Of a stretch of 64,000 nucleotides of DNA, positions 41,933 to 51,634 are shown piece after piece. The DNA is from an uncultured Gemmatimonadales bacterium (GTDB taxonomy: Bacteria; Gemmatimonadota; Gemmatimonadetes; Gemmatimonadales; Gemmatimonadaceae). The stretch covers positions 4,416,001 through 4,480,000 of the forward strand of contig OY969695.1 of NCBI GenBank assembly GCA_963701965.1. The letters are read 5' to 3'. Every line of letters starts with the position of its first letter. Positions within the stretch are counted from its first letter, which is position 1. Made by a program: the position numbers and the translations under genes. Below the pieces are notes generated by a model. That model saw only the letters and a list, made by a program, of their open reading frames with translations, did no database searches and had not been told where the DNA came from.

Positions 41933-44900
41933 TCAGAGCCCCAGGTCGACGCCGAAGAAGATGCTTCTCGAGGGTGGATACGGGGTCACGTCCTGACCGC
42001 GTCCGACCGCGAGCGTTCCAAAGTTCGAGACTTCCGGATCGAGGCCCGTGTAGGGATAGCTCCAGAAGAGATTGCGCCCCGACACGTCGATCCGCATGGT
42101 GCGCACTCGGCCCTGTCCGACGGCCCTGACCCAGCGATCCGGCACGTCAAAGCTCACGCGTATCTCGCGCAATTTGACGAACCGCGCCGACTCGACGTAC
42201 GGCGTGAGATTGTGCTTGGTCGCCTCGAGACGAGCGGCCGACGCGGCGGAATCCGCGAGCAGGAACAGCGGGCCGTCAAAGTACGCGTTCGTGAGGTTCG
42301 CGACGGTGCCGCCGACATACCAGTCGAGGACGCCGTTCACGTGGAACCGCCCAAACGAGATCTGCTCGTTGAAGCTCATGACATCGGCCGGCGTGGCGTC
42401 ACCGACTTGTACGTTCAGGCTGTCCTTGCCGACGAGCTTCGTGTTGACGATTTGCGAAATCGACCGGCCGACCGCAATGATGTTCGTGCCGAACGAGCCA
42501 CCGAACTGGTTCGCCGTGTTGAACGGCGTGTTGTTATTGGGCAGCGCATCGACGCGGCTGTAGTTCCGGTAGAACGTCGCATTCGAGATCCAGGTCAGGC
42601 CCTTCGGGTTCGCGATCGGCGAGAACTGGAGCGAGAGCTCGAATGCCTTGATTGTGGAACCGACCACCGTTCACGATGTCCTGCGAGATACCCGAGGAGG
42701 CGGCTGGACGTTCGAACAACACGAGGTCCGAGACCTGTTTGTTGTACACCGTTCCAGAGAACTGGGCCCGCGAATGGAACATCGTAATGTCGAGTCCCGC
42801 CTCGGTTTCAGCGCTCTGCTCGGGCCTGAGATTCGGATCGTTCAAGTTGATCGTCCCGGTGAGCAAGTTCAGTCCGCAAACCAGCGCGTGGGACTGATAG
42901 AGCGTCGGCTGGCAGCTCGCGTCGTTCGGGTAGTTGAACCCGTACGTCGGCGCCGTGCCGGACCGCCCGTAGGCCGAGCGCAGCTTGAACTCATCGATGA
43001 ACTTCGCGAACGTCGGCAGGATCAGGGAGCCGGCGAACTTCGGATAGAGATAGTAGCGCGAGAAGCCGCCGTTGTTCGAGTTGCGATCCGCGGTCACGCC
43101 GGCTGTCAGGGACAGTCGGTTCGAGAGCGTGAGGACCTGCTCTTGCGCGTACAGCGACATCGTCTTCACATCGGTCTTGACTTCGGACGAGCTCTGAACG
43201 ATGGCAGCGGTCGGCGTGACGATCCCCGTCGGCAAGTCCTGGCCGACGAGGTTCGGGTTGTCGAGCGTGCGCCGATCCTGCGATTCACCGATCGATGTCG
43301 TCGCGTCGAGGAACGACAGCCCGGTGAAATGGTGCACCAGGTTCACCGAGTAGTTGTAATACGTGTTGTTCGATGTGTTGACGTTCGACGTGCCGGGCAG
43401 CGACACCTTTGACTCGATCTCCAAGGTCGGCGGCGCGAAGTTGAGGTCGCGCTCGTCGGCAACATCGACACCGGCGATCAGGGAGACTTTGAGATCGTTC
43501 GCGCCGTTGTGGAACAGCTGGTACGACAGCGTCCCGCCACCAATGAAGCGATTGACGTTGGCCGGCGTCTGCATCTCCGCCGCATCGGCGAATGGGTTCG
43601 CGAAAGCGAACGGGTTGTTGACCCACTGGCCGCCCTGCATGGCATTCATGTTGAAGAACTGTGGCGTGACCGAGAAGACGTTGTACGGGCTCACGCCGAC
43701 GTTGTCGTTCCCGGTGATCCCGCGGGTCGTGACCGAGTGCTGGTAGTAGAGATTCGTCGAAACGGTCAGCGCCGGCGAGAACGTCTGCGTCAGGTTGGTC
43801 CGGATCGCCTGCTTGTTGTATCCGGTGCCTTGCATGATGCCATTGTCGTATTGATCGTGCAGGGACGCGAAGTAGTTGGTGTTGTTCGTCGCGCCGCGCA
43901 CGGAGAGGTTACCCTGGCCGGACAGCTGGCCGCCTCCGAAGAGCTGGTTCTGAAAGTTCTGATTGCCGCCGTACATGCTGCGCGGCAAATCGGTCGAGCT
44001 GCCGAAGTCGTTCTTGTACCAAGCATTCGCGCTGGCGTACGTCGGGAATTGCCGCATATCCAGAGTTTTGGCGGCAAAGGAGGTACCCGCCTGACCGGAG
44101 AGATCCCATTGCGGCGCGCCGATCGTGCCTTTCTTCGTCGTGATCACGACCACGCCCGAAGCCGCTTTGCCACCGTAGATCGCGGCCGCCGATGCGCCTT
44201 TCAGCACCTCGATCGACTCGACGTCATTCGGGTTCAAGTCGGCGATGCGGTTCGGGCTGTTGTCCTGGTTCGATTGCATGACCCCGGCGCTCGCCGCGGT
44301 GATCGCGTTCGCGCCGCTGTTGATCGTCTCGTTGTTCACGATCACGCCGTCGACGACGTACAGTGGCTCAGCGATCGAGTTGATCGAGGTGATGCCGCGG
44401 ATCTGGACCTGCATGCCGCCGCCTGGCGCGCCGCCGTTATTCTGCTGAATCACGGCGCCCGCGATCTTGCCCTGCAGGGCGTTCTCGATCGTCGGCGCCG
44501 GGACGCTCGAGATCTGATCCGCGTTGAGCACCGCGACGTCGTTCGCCGAGTTCCTCGACGAGATCGTCGTGGCCACGCCAGTGATGACTTCGGCGTCGAG
44601 CTTGAGGACGTCGCGGTTGAGCGAGATCGTCACATTATTCTGATCGGCCGCGACCGCGACAGTCGTGCCCGTGTAGCCGATCCGTCGGACCGTCAGGGTG
44701 AGCGGCCCATCCGGGGCGCGCAGCGTGAAGGTGCCGCTGTCCGAGGTGGCTGCCCCGTACGTACTGTTGGCGATGCGTACCGTCGCCGCGGGAATCGGCG
44801 CCTTGCTGTCAGCTTCGAGAACGTGCCCCGTGATGCGCCGCAACGTGCCTTGGCTCTCGGCTCGGCCCCACGCCACGCCCGAGCACAGCGCCGCGAGGCC

Positions 44901-44948
44901 GAGCGTGACCATGGCTCGCCGCACGCCTCCGACATCGAGTATCGTCAT
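41933..44948 (-). CDS. SusC/RagA-like TonB-dependent receptor; frameshift near 42645
   Basis: N-terminal carboxypeptidase-regulatory-like domain, PLYVVDGV, DLNPNDVESIEVLKGASAAAIYG, LRPEQSAETEAG, YTGLDPEVS...YPPSRS. Confidence 0.9.
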
Positions 44949-45190
44949 GCAACTACCCCCTGGAAATGGGAATGGACGGTCAAACTGGGCGAATACTGGG
45001 ATCGGTGGTCACAGCGGCAAGATCCAATTTCACACATGGGGAACAGACCATTAACACTTCGGCCACGGATTCAGAATGATTGCAAAACGATAGGAGAATG
45101 GCTGCTACCCGCCGCCTTGTCGACGCGGAGACGCTAAACCTTGAACTGCCCGAAGGGGTGTTGGCGGTGGTGGCCATAGGCCAAAAGGTT

Positions 45191-45214
45191 GGCCCGTTTC
45201 TCGGCCCGTTTCTC
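45191..45214 (+). repeat. Perfect tandem 12-bp repeat near the right att site (putative integrase arm-type sites)
   Basis: GGCCCGTTTCTC twice, about 100 bp inside the right att copy. Confidence 0.7.
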
Positions 45215-45312
45215 CCGGCAAACTCCGTCATCCAAGACTGGGAACCACGGCGCCGATGCCCGGTGTCCGTCTGAACGCCGTCAAGTTGCCGGACTTTCGC
45301 TACCCCTCAGCT

Positions 45313-45358
45313 TGGTTTGCAACCAGGGGGTCAGGGGTTCGAGCCCCCTCCGCTCCAT
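45313..45358 (+). repeat. Right att site: duplicated 3' half of tRNA-Ala
   Basis: TGGTTTGCAACCAGGGGGTCAGGGGTTCGAGCCCCCTCCGCTCCAT is identical to 40053-40098; the 5' half of the tRNA is absent. Confidence 0.92.
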
Positions 45359-45920
45359 CACAAATAGGTGAGCCACCAGTCATGCCGGTGTTGCTTGAGT
45401 CTCGCAAACCACAGGCATGCCGGGTAGAGCATCAGCAGGACCGCGACCCAGACCGCGTATACGGCCCAGAGCGGATACCCGTAGCCCGCCGGAAAAAGCG
45501 CGCTCGGACTTCCCATGGATGGGGGCGCGATCAGCAGGAATGACTGGGCGCCGTAGCGCGCGAGGTTCATCCCCCATCGCGATGACGTGCGCCAAGGCCA
45601 TGTGGGCCACGTAAAAGAAGAACGGCACCCGCCCGAAAACCATCAGCGGATTGGTGAAGGAGAAGCGCAATCGGTCGAGCCACGCCAGCGCGAGCATCGC
45701 CGGACCGAGCGTCATCAACAGAAAGTCCAGTGACGGCGGATACTTGGTGACATTGAGAAACGACAGCGCCGTGAAGACTGGCGATGGTTGGTGGCTCCAC
45801 GGATCAGGATCGCCGTAGGCGTTGACGGCGCGGAGCACCACGAATGCCGCGACCAGCGTCAGCCCCAGACGGGTCAGAAAGCGGCGGCGGCGATCCGCAT
45901 CCCAATCGAACACGGTGCCG
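45358..45920 (-). pseudogene. 5'-truncated DUF1624/HGSNAT-like membrane protein; also frameshifted near 45572
   Basis: YGDPDPW...SFLNVTKYPPSLDFLLMTLGP...FGRVPFFFY...[13 protein letters not shown]...WLTYL matches only the C-terminal half of the 58411-59655 protein. Confidence 0.8.
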
Positions 45921-45944
45921 CCCGAGGCGGGTAGGTCCAGCGGC

Positions 45945-47843
45945 TTAGTGTGAACCGCTCGTGGCGCGGGAGAGCGCGTAGGCCGAGTTGATCAACGCCA
46001 CGTGCGTGAACGCCTGCGGAAAATTGCCCAGCATCTCGCCCGACCGCGTGTCGTACTGCTCCGCATAGAGCCCAAGATCGTTGCCGGTCGCGAGCAGGCG
46101 CTCGAACAGCCGCGTGGCGTCGGCCACCCGGCCCTGCCGCACCAAGACGTCGACGAGCCAGAAGCTGCACATGAGGAACACACCCTCAGGTCCGCCGACC
46201 CCGTCGTCGGTGCACTGCGTGCGGTAGCGACGCACGAAGCCATCGACCGTCAGGTCTTGCTCGATCGCCGCGACGGTGGCCAGCATGATCGGGTCGTTGG
46301 CGTCGACGAAGCCGACGAGCGGCAGCATGAGGAGACTGGCATCGAGCTCCGTCGAGTCGAACGTCTGCACGAAGCAGCGACGCGCCGGATCGATCCCCCG
46401 CGCGTAGATCGCTTCGTGAATCGCGTCCCGCGCCGCCGTCCACCGCGCGATGGACCCGTGATGCCCCAACTCCTCCGCCAGCCGGATCCCCCGGTCGAGG
46501 GCGGACCAACACATCACCTTGGAGTACACGAAGTGCTGCGGCTCGCCGCGCACTTCCCACACGCCGCGGTCGGTTTCGCCCCAGGCCGAGGCGGCGGTAT
46601 CGATCAGACTCCGAAGAAAGTGCCAGGTATCGGGGCCGATAGGATCACCCGCGCGATGCGAGAACCAGAACGCCGCGACGAACTCCCCGAAGACGTCGAG
46701 CTGTCGCTGCTGGGCGGCGCCATTGCCGACGCGGACCGGCGCCGAGCCCCGATACCCGGGCAGATGTCCGAGCTCCATCTCCGGTACCCGGCGTTCGCCG
46801 TAGCAGCCGTAGAGCACCTGCATGTCGTCGGCGCTGCCCGCCGCCGCCCGCGCCAGAAACCGCCGGAAGCCGGCGGCTACCTCGTCATGCCCCGTCTCGT
46901 ACAGCGCGACGAGCGTGAACGCGGCATCTCGCACCCAACAGTACCGATAGTCCCAGTTGCGCTGCCCGCCGATGCCCTCTGGCAACGATGTCGTCGGCGC
47001 CGCCACGATCGCGCCGGTTGGCGCGGTGGTCAGCGCCTTGAGGACGAGGGCCGAGCGCTCGATGGCGGCGGCGTAAGGGCCCGTGTCCGGGGTGCCCTTG
47101 GCGACCCAGGCGCGCCACCAGGCGACCGTGTCGTCAAGGCGCCGGGACACATCCTCGACACTCGTGCTCCGCAGGTCGATATCGTGCGCCGGCCGCCACA
47201 CCGCGGAGACGAAATGCCGATCACCGGACGCGATGCGCGTCGTCCCGGTCAACGCGAACGCCTTGCGATCGACTTCCAGGGGCAGATCGGTGGAGATGAG
47301 GAGCGCCTCGTCCCCTCCAACGGCGCTGAAAAATGGCTGATGATCCCGGTCCGCCTGCTCGTCCTCCGCGCGATGCTGGGACTCTCCCACCAGACTCCCG
47401 TCCCGGGTGTGCCGGTGCAACCAGGGGCGCAGCGTGCCGTAGTCGAAACGCGGCGCCAGCACGACGTCCAGGTCGACGGTGCCGCGCACGCCGTCGATGA
47501 CTCTCATGAGCTGCCGCAACGGCCGCAGCCGCCCGCCGGCCCGCATGGCGAGCGCATCCGTAACCCGGACGACCCCGTCCGCTGTCTCGAACTCGGTCTG
47601 GAGCACCATCGTGCCCGCCAGGTACGTTCGGCGCGTGGTGAACGACCCGCTCGGCGTGATGGAGAAGAATCCCCCGCGCTCCGCATCGAGAATCCGATTG
47701 AAGATCGATCCCGCGTCGAACCGCCGCGGGCAGGCCCAATCGATCGACCCGGCCCGACTGACGAGCGCGGCGCCGTGGCAATCCCCAATGAACGCGTAGT
47801 CGCCGATCGGCGGATACTCCCACATAGGGCCGACGGGTTGCAC
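45945..47843 (-). CDS. Glycoside hydrolase family 15 (trehalase/glucoamylase-like)
   Basis: IGDYAFIGDCHGAALV...AAPTTSLPE...RNWDYRYCWVRD...GVWEVRG...LGNFPQAFTH. Confidence 0.93.
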   Translation of the reverse strand: MQPVGPMWEYPPIGDYAFIGDCHGAALVSRAGSIDWACPRRFDAGSIFNRILDAERGGFFSITPSGSFTTRRTYLAGTMVLQTEFETADGVVRVTDALAMRAGGRLRPLRQLMRVIDGVRGTVDLDVVLAPRFDYGTLRPWLHRHTRDGSLVGESQHRAEDEQADRDHQPFFSAVGGDEALLISTDLPLEVDRKAFALTGTTRIASGDRHFVSAVWRPAHDIDLRSTSVEDVSRRLDDTVAWWRAWVAKGTPDTGPYAAAIERSALVLKALTTAPTGAIVAAPTTSLPEGIGGQRNWDYRYCWVRDAAFTLVALYETGHDEVAAGFRRFLARAAAGSADDMQVLYGCYGERRVPEMELGHLPGYRGSAPVRVGNGAAQQRQLDVFGEFVAAFWFSHRAGDPIGPDTWHFLRSLIDTAASAWGETDRGVWEVRGEPQHFVYSKVMCWSALDRGIRLAEELGHHGSIARWTAARDAIHEAIYARGIDPARRCFVQTFDSTELDASLLMLPLVGFVDANDPIMLATVAAIEQDLTVDGFVRRYRTQCTDDGVGGPEGVFLMCSFWLVDVLVRQGRVADATRLFERLLATGNDLGLYAEQYDTRSGEMLGNFPQAFTHVALINSAYALSRATSGSH

Positions 47844-47968
47844 AACTCACGCCGCTGGGCGTCGTGATGGTGCGATTCAGGGCTGCGCGCCGAGTTCCCG
47901 CCAACTTGCGGGCCCAATCAACGGGGCCCACATTGCGGCACACTTTCGCCATGATGGGGTCGCAGACG

Positions 47969-48211
47969 ATGTCCGAAGAGGAGTTGAGAGCAGAGCTCGA
48001 ACGCTTGCGTGCCGAAAACGCGTCGCTACAGCGACGCGGCGCAGCCGGCGTGTCCCTCAAGGTCAGTGAGAAGGGCGGCGTGTCAGTCTATGGCCTTGGC
48101 CGCTTTCCGATCACGCTGTATAAGGAACAGTGGGTCCGATTGCTGGACATGGCGGACGAGATCCGGTCCTTCATTACCGAGCACCAAGCGCGACTCAAGA
48201 GCAAGGGATAA
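47969..48211 (+). CDS. Small conserved hypothetical protein (coiled coil plus KVSEKGGVSVYGLGRFPITLYKEQW domain)
   Basis: 80-aa ORF with an N-terminal heptad coil and a compact basic/aromatic C-terminal motif. Confidence 0.75.
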   Translation: MSEEELRAELERLRAENASLQRRGAAGVSLKVSEKGGVSVYGLGRFPITLYKEQWVRLLDMADEIRSFITEHQARLKSKG

Positions 48212-48225
48212 CCCCCTTCGCCAGC

Positions 48226-48750
48226 TCAGGACTGCCGCGCCGTGGGTGGGAGCACGCCGTTCAGCCGCAGGTAGATCGCCATCTGGCTGTAATGGTCGGC
48301 CCAGTCCTCCGTCCTCTCCGACATGAGCGCGGCCCGCGTCCACTGAACCCCAAAAGCTGATGCCGGTCCGCTCAGCTTCGAATCATCGAGATGGGCGGCC
48401 ACTTGTTGGCAGAGCGCGAAGCTCTCGCGGAGGCGGGCAATGAGCTTGGCCTTGTCATCCGTCGGCGCGAGGGTGGCGCGCTTTGGCGCTTGGACGCCCC
48501 CGATCGGCGCGCACGCCTCGTCGTTATCGCCAGCGACGTGTAACACCACCTCGCCAAACGTCATCTGCGCGGGGGTGGGTTTGAAGGCGTACTTCTCCGC
48601 CGGCATTGCCTCGGCCGAGGCCACCACGTTCTTCTCCAGGCGGCCGAGGGTGCGACGGAAGGCGTCGGACACGGGCGCCGACGACTGGGCACTGGCGAGA
48701 GCTGGCAAAGTCACACTGGCGAGAAAGACGACACTACTGACGATGCGCAT
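48226..48750 (-). CDS. Secreted DinB-family protein
   Basis: Signal peptide; AEAMPAEKYAFKPTPAQMTFGEVVLHVA...DHYSQMAIYLRLNGVLPP. Confidence 0.88.
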   Translation of the reverse strand: MRIVSSVVFLASVTLPALASAQSSAPVSDAFRRTLGRLEKNVVASAEAMPAEKYAFKPTPAQMTFGEVVLHVAGDNDEACAPIGGVQAPKRATLAPTDDKAKLIARLRESFALCQQVAAHLDDSKLSGPASAFGVQWTRAALMSERTEDWADHYSQMAIYLRLNGVLPPTARQS

Positions 48751-48844
48751 GGAGTTGCTCGCGTTGGGATGGAAGACAATTTGCACCGGGAAACCCGGCG
48801 TGTCTATTCTGAAACCGGGCGCGGCCCATTGCGTAGGACGAGCC

Positions 48845-50743
48845 ATGCCTCTGATACGATCGCTCTGCCTCCTGCTGTGCCTTGCCGCCACAGCCCACGC
48901 CCAGGACTCCGATTCGGCGTTCGTGCGCGCCCAGTATACGAAGTTCGAGTACCAGATCCCCATGCGCGACGGCGTGAACCTGTTCACCATTGTGTACGTC
49001 CCCAAGGACGCGTCCGACGGGAACCGCTACCCGATCCTATTGCAGCGGACGCCGTATAGCGTAGCGCCGTATGGACCCGACAAGTACCGGAATTTCGTGT
49101 CCCCGAACCCGTTCCTGATGCGGGACAAGTACATCGTCGCCTACCAGGACATGCGCGGCCGGTATATGTCGGAGGGGAAGTTCGAGATGGTCCGTCCACT
49201 CCTGGCCGATTCGGTCAAGGCGCGGAATCCCAAGGCGACGGACGAGGCGTCCGACACGTATGACACGATCGCCTGGCTCCTGGCCCATATTCCCAGCAAC
49301 AACGGGCGCGTCGGCCAGTGGGGCATCAGCTTCCCCGGCGGCCTCGCGTCCATGGGCGCGGTCTCGCGGCACCCGGCGTTGGTCGCCTCGTCGCCGCAGG
49401 CCCCGGTGACCGATAGTTATTTCGAGGATTTTCACCACAACGGCGCCCTGACTCAAGGGTACTTCTACGCCTACCCGATCTTCGGCGTCGATCGGCCCGG
49501 CCCGACATCGGAAGACTGGTGGCTGCCGCACATGGTGCAGGACGGCCTGCCGGACGACTACGCGTTTCAGCTCGCGCTCGGACCGCTCAAGACCACCACG
49601 GCGAAGTACTACCCAAACGACCGGCTGTGGCGCGATGTGATCATCGCGCATCCGAACTACGACACCTACTGGCAATCGCGCGCCGTGCCGCCGCGGTTGA
49701 CGGGCATTCACCACGCGGTGATGGTGGTGGGGGGTTGGTTCGACGCCGAAAATCTCTACGGTGCGCTCAAGACGTATAAGACGATCAAGGCGCAGGATCC
49801 CGACGCCAAAGTCTCGATCGTCATGGGCCCATTTCGCCACGGCGGGTGGGAGGCGCACCACGTCGTGCACACCGTGCATGGCGACATCTACTTCGGCGAT
49901 TCGCTGGAGACCAAGTTCCAGCGGGACGTGGAGGCGCCGTTCTTCCACGCCAATCTCAAAGGCGACGGAAAGACCGACCTCCCCGAAGCCCTGATGTTCG
50001 ACACGGGCCGCAAGAACTGGCGCAGCTTCTCGCGCTGGCCCGCGCCGGACGCGACCGCCCGCCGGTACTATTTCCAGACCGATGGCGCGCTCACGTCGCG
50101 CGCGCCGACGGCGGCCCACGCCCGCCTCTCGTACGTCAGCGATCCGGCCAAGCCGGTGCCCAGCCGGTGCATCGTGCCGACTATCGAGGAATTCACGATG
50201 TACCAGTACATGAGCGACGACCAGCGCTGCGATCGCTCGCGCGAAGACGTCCTGACGTTCGAGACCGGGCCGTTGACCCAGGATGTGACGCTCGGCGGCG
50301 AGATTTGGGCGCGGCTGCAGGTCAGCACGACCGGCACCGACGCCGACTACGTCGTGAAGCTGATCGACGTCTATCCGCCCAATGAGCCCGACAGCCCCTA
50401 CGAGCCGAACAGCAATATCCACTACGGCGGCTACGAGCAGCTCGTCCGCGGCGAGATCATGCGGGCCCGCTACCGGAAGTCTTTTGTCACGCCTGAGCCC
50501 ATGAAGCCGGGCGAGATCACGCCCGTCTCGTTCCGCCTGCAGGACGTGCTGCACACCTTCCGCGCCGGGCACCGCATCATGGTCCAGGTGCAGAGCAGCT
50601 GGTTCCCGGCGTTCGACCGGAACCCGCAGCACTACGTCCCGAGCATCTACCAAGCCGGCGCATCGGACTTCGTGAAAGCCACCCAGTCCCTGTGGATGGA
50701 TCGTCAGGAGCCGAGTTATCTCGAGGTGCAGGTCGTGCCGTAG
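48845..50743 (+). CDS. CocE/NonD family serine hydrolase (amino acid ester hydrolase / glutaryl-7-ACA acylase-like)
   Basis: IPMRDGV...RTPY...QDMRGRYMSEG...WGISFPG...GGWFDAE...HTFRAGHRIMVQVQSSWFP. Confidence 0.93.
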   Translation: MPLIRSLCLLLCLAATAHAQDSDSAFVRAQYTKFEYQIPMRDGVNLFTIVYVPKDASDGNRYPILLQRTPYSVAPYGPDKYRNFVSPNPFLMRDKYIVAYQDMRGRYMSEGKFEMVRPLLADSVKARNPKATDEASDTYDTIAWLLAHIPSNNGRVGQWGISFPGGLASMGAVSRHPALVASSPQAPVTDSYFEDFHHNGALTQGYFYAYPIFGVDRPGPTSEDWWLPHMVQDGLPDDYAFQLALGPLKTTTAKYYPNDRLWRDVIIAHPNYDTYWQSRAVPPRLTGIHHAVMVVGGWFDAENLYGALKTYKTIKAQDPDAKVSIVMGPFRHGGWEAHHVVHTVHGDIYFGDSLETKFQRDVEAPFFHANLKGDGKTDLPEALMFDTGRKNWRSFSRWPAPDATARRYYFQTDGALTSRAPTAAHARLSYVSDPAKPVPSRCIVPTIEEFTMYQYMSDDQRCDRSREDVLTFETGPLTQDVTLGGEIWARLQVSTTGTDADYVVKLIDVYPPNEPDSPYEPNSNIHYGGYEQLVRGEIMRARYRKSFVTPEPMKPGEITPVSFRLQDVLHTFRAGHRIMVQVQSSWFPAFDRNPQHYVPSIYQAGASDFVKATQSLWMDRQEPSYLEVQVVP

Positions 50744-50821
50744 AAAGAGCGTATTGGTTTGCTGCAAACGGGCCGACTTGGTGTTAATCGCAACCGTACC
50801 CGCTCGGTAGATTCGGCGCTT

Positions 50822-51619
50822 ATGCGACGAGCCCTTATAGCGATGCTCTGCGTGACCAGTGGCATCGCTCGAGCCCAGGGGCGTCCGTTCACGTTCACGG
50901 TGGCGTTCCCGGATGCCGCCGCGCAGCGAATCACGGCGCGCTACGACGCAGGGTACGGGGAAGGCACGTTCGAGCCCCTGGCGGGTGATCGTGTCGAGCA
51001 GGATCTGGAGCTCGACGTGCCGATCGCGAATCGGGTGCTCATCCTGGCGAGCACCGGGCTCGCGCTCAACGGTCCGAGCGCTACCCGCGGCCTTGGTCAA
51101 GTGGAAGCGATGGTGGACGCGCTGCGGTTCTGGGGATGGCACCTCGCGGCGAGCGCCGGCGCCCGACGGGAGTTCGATGGCAGTACCATGGCGCTCAGTC
51201 GGGTCAGTCTCAGTCGATCGGCATCGACCTGGTCGTTCGCCGCGAATGCGATGGTCGGCAAGACGGTCGCTGGCGCCGACGAGGCCAAGCACGACGACGC
51301 CGATCTGTACGCGTCGCTCGGGGCCACGGCGCGCGTGGCGCCGTTCCTCGATCTCGGGGTCGAAACAGTCGCGTCGGACATCGAAGGCTTCTGGGACACG
51401 CACGAGGCGGAAGGCGGAGCGACCGTGTTCGCGGGGCCCCTCGTGTCATTGCGCCTGCCCGGCGGACTGGCCCGGCTGACGGTGAGTGGGGGACCGATTC
51501 TGCGCACGACCGGCAACGGCGTGCCGGCATACGTTGGTCTGTCCTCGGCCGAGGGCCTGGCGCCCACGGTGCGGCGGACCGGGTATCTGTTGCGCACGGC
51601 GGTGAGCCTCGCACTCTGA
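50822..51619 (+). CDS. Secreted hypothetical protein, probable outer-membrane beta-barrel
   Basis: Signal peptide ending ARAQ; alternating hydrophobic strands; DIEGFWDTHEAEGGA. Confidence 0.55.
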   Translation: MRRALIAMLCVTSGIARAQGRPFTFTVAFPDAAAQRITARYDAGYGEGTFEPLAGDRVEQDLELDVPIANRVLILASTGLALNGPSATRGLGQVEAMVDALRFWGWHLAASAGARREFDGSTMALSRVSLSRSASTWSFAANAMVGKTVAGADEAKHDDADLYASLGATARVAPFLDLGVETVASDIEGFWDTHEAEGGATVFAGPLVSLRLPGGLARLTVSGGPILRTTGNGVPAYVGLSSAEGLAPTVRRTGYLLRTAVSLAL

Positions 51620-51634
51620 CGCGGGGACGTGCCG

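Larger units (their letters stand above)
40053..45358. mobile_element. Decayed tRNA-Ala-integrated genomic island (~5.3 kb) carrying susC/susD-like genes
   Basis: 46-bp perfect direct repeat of the tRNA 3' half (40053-40098 and 45313-45358), an integrase remnant and shared 12-bp repeats near both ends. Confidence 0.8.

Noticed and set aside
45313..45358. Second tRNA-Ala gene
   Set aside because: Only the 3' half is present; there is no D arm or 5' acceptor strand, so it is an att duplication.
49320..49340. Inactive CocE/NonD enzyme because of GISFPG instead of GxSYxG
   Set aside because: The nucleophilic Ser is retained and Tyr to Phe at this position is conservative; not enough evidence for loss of function.
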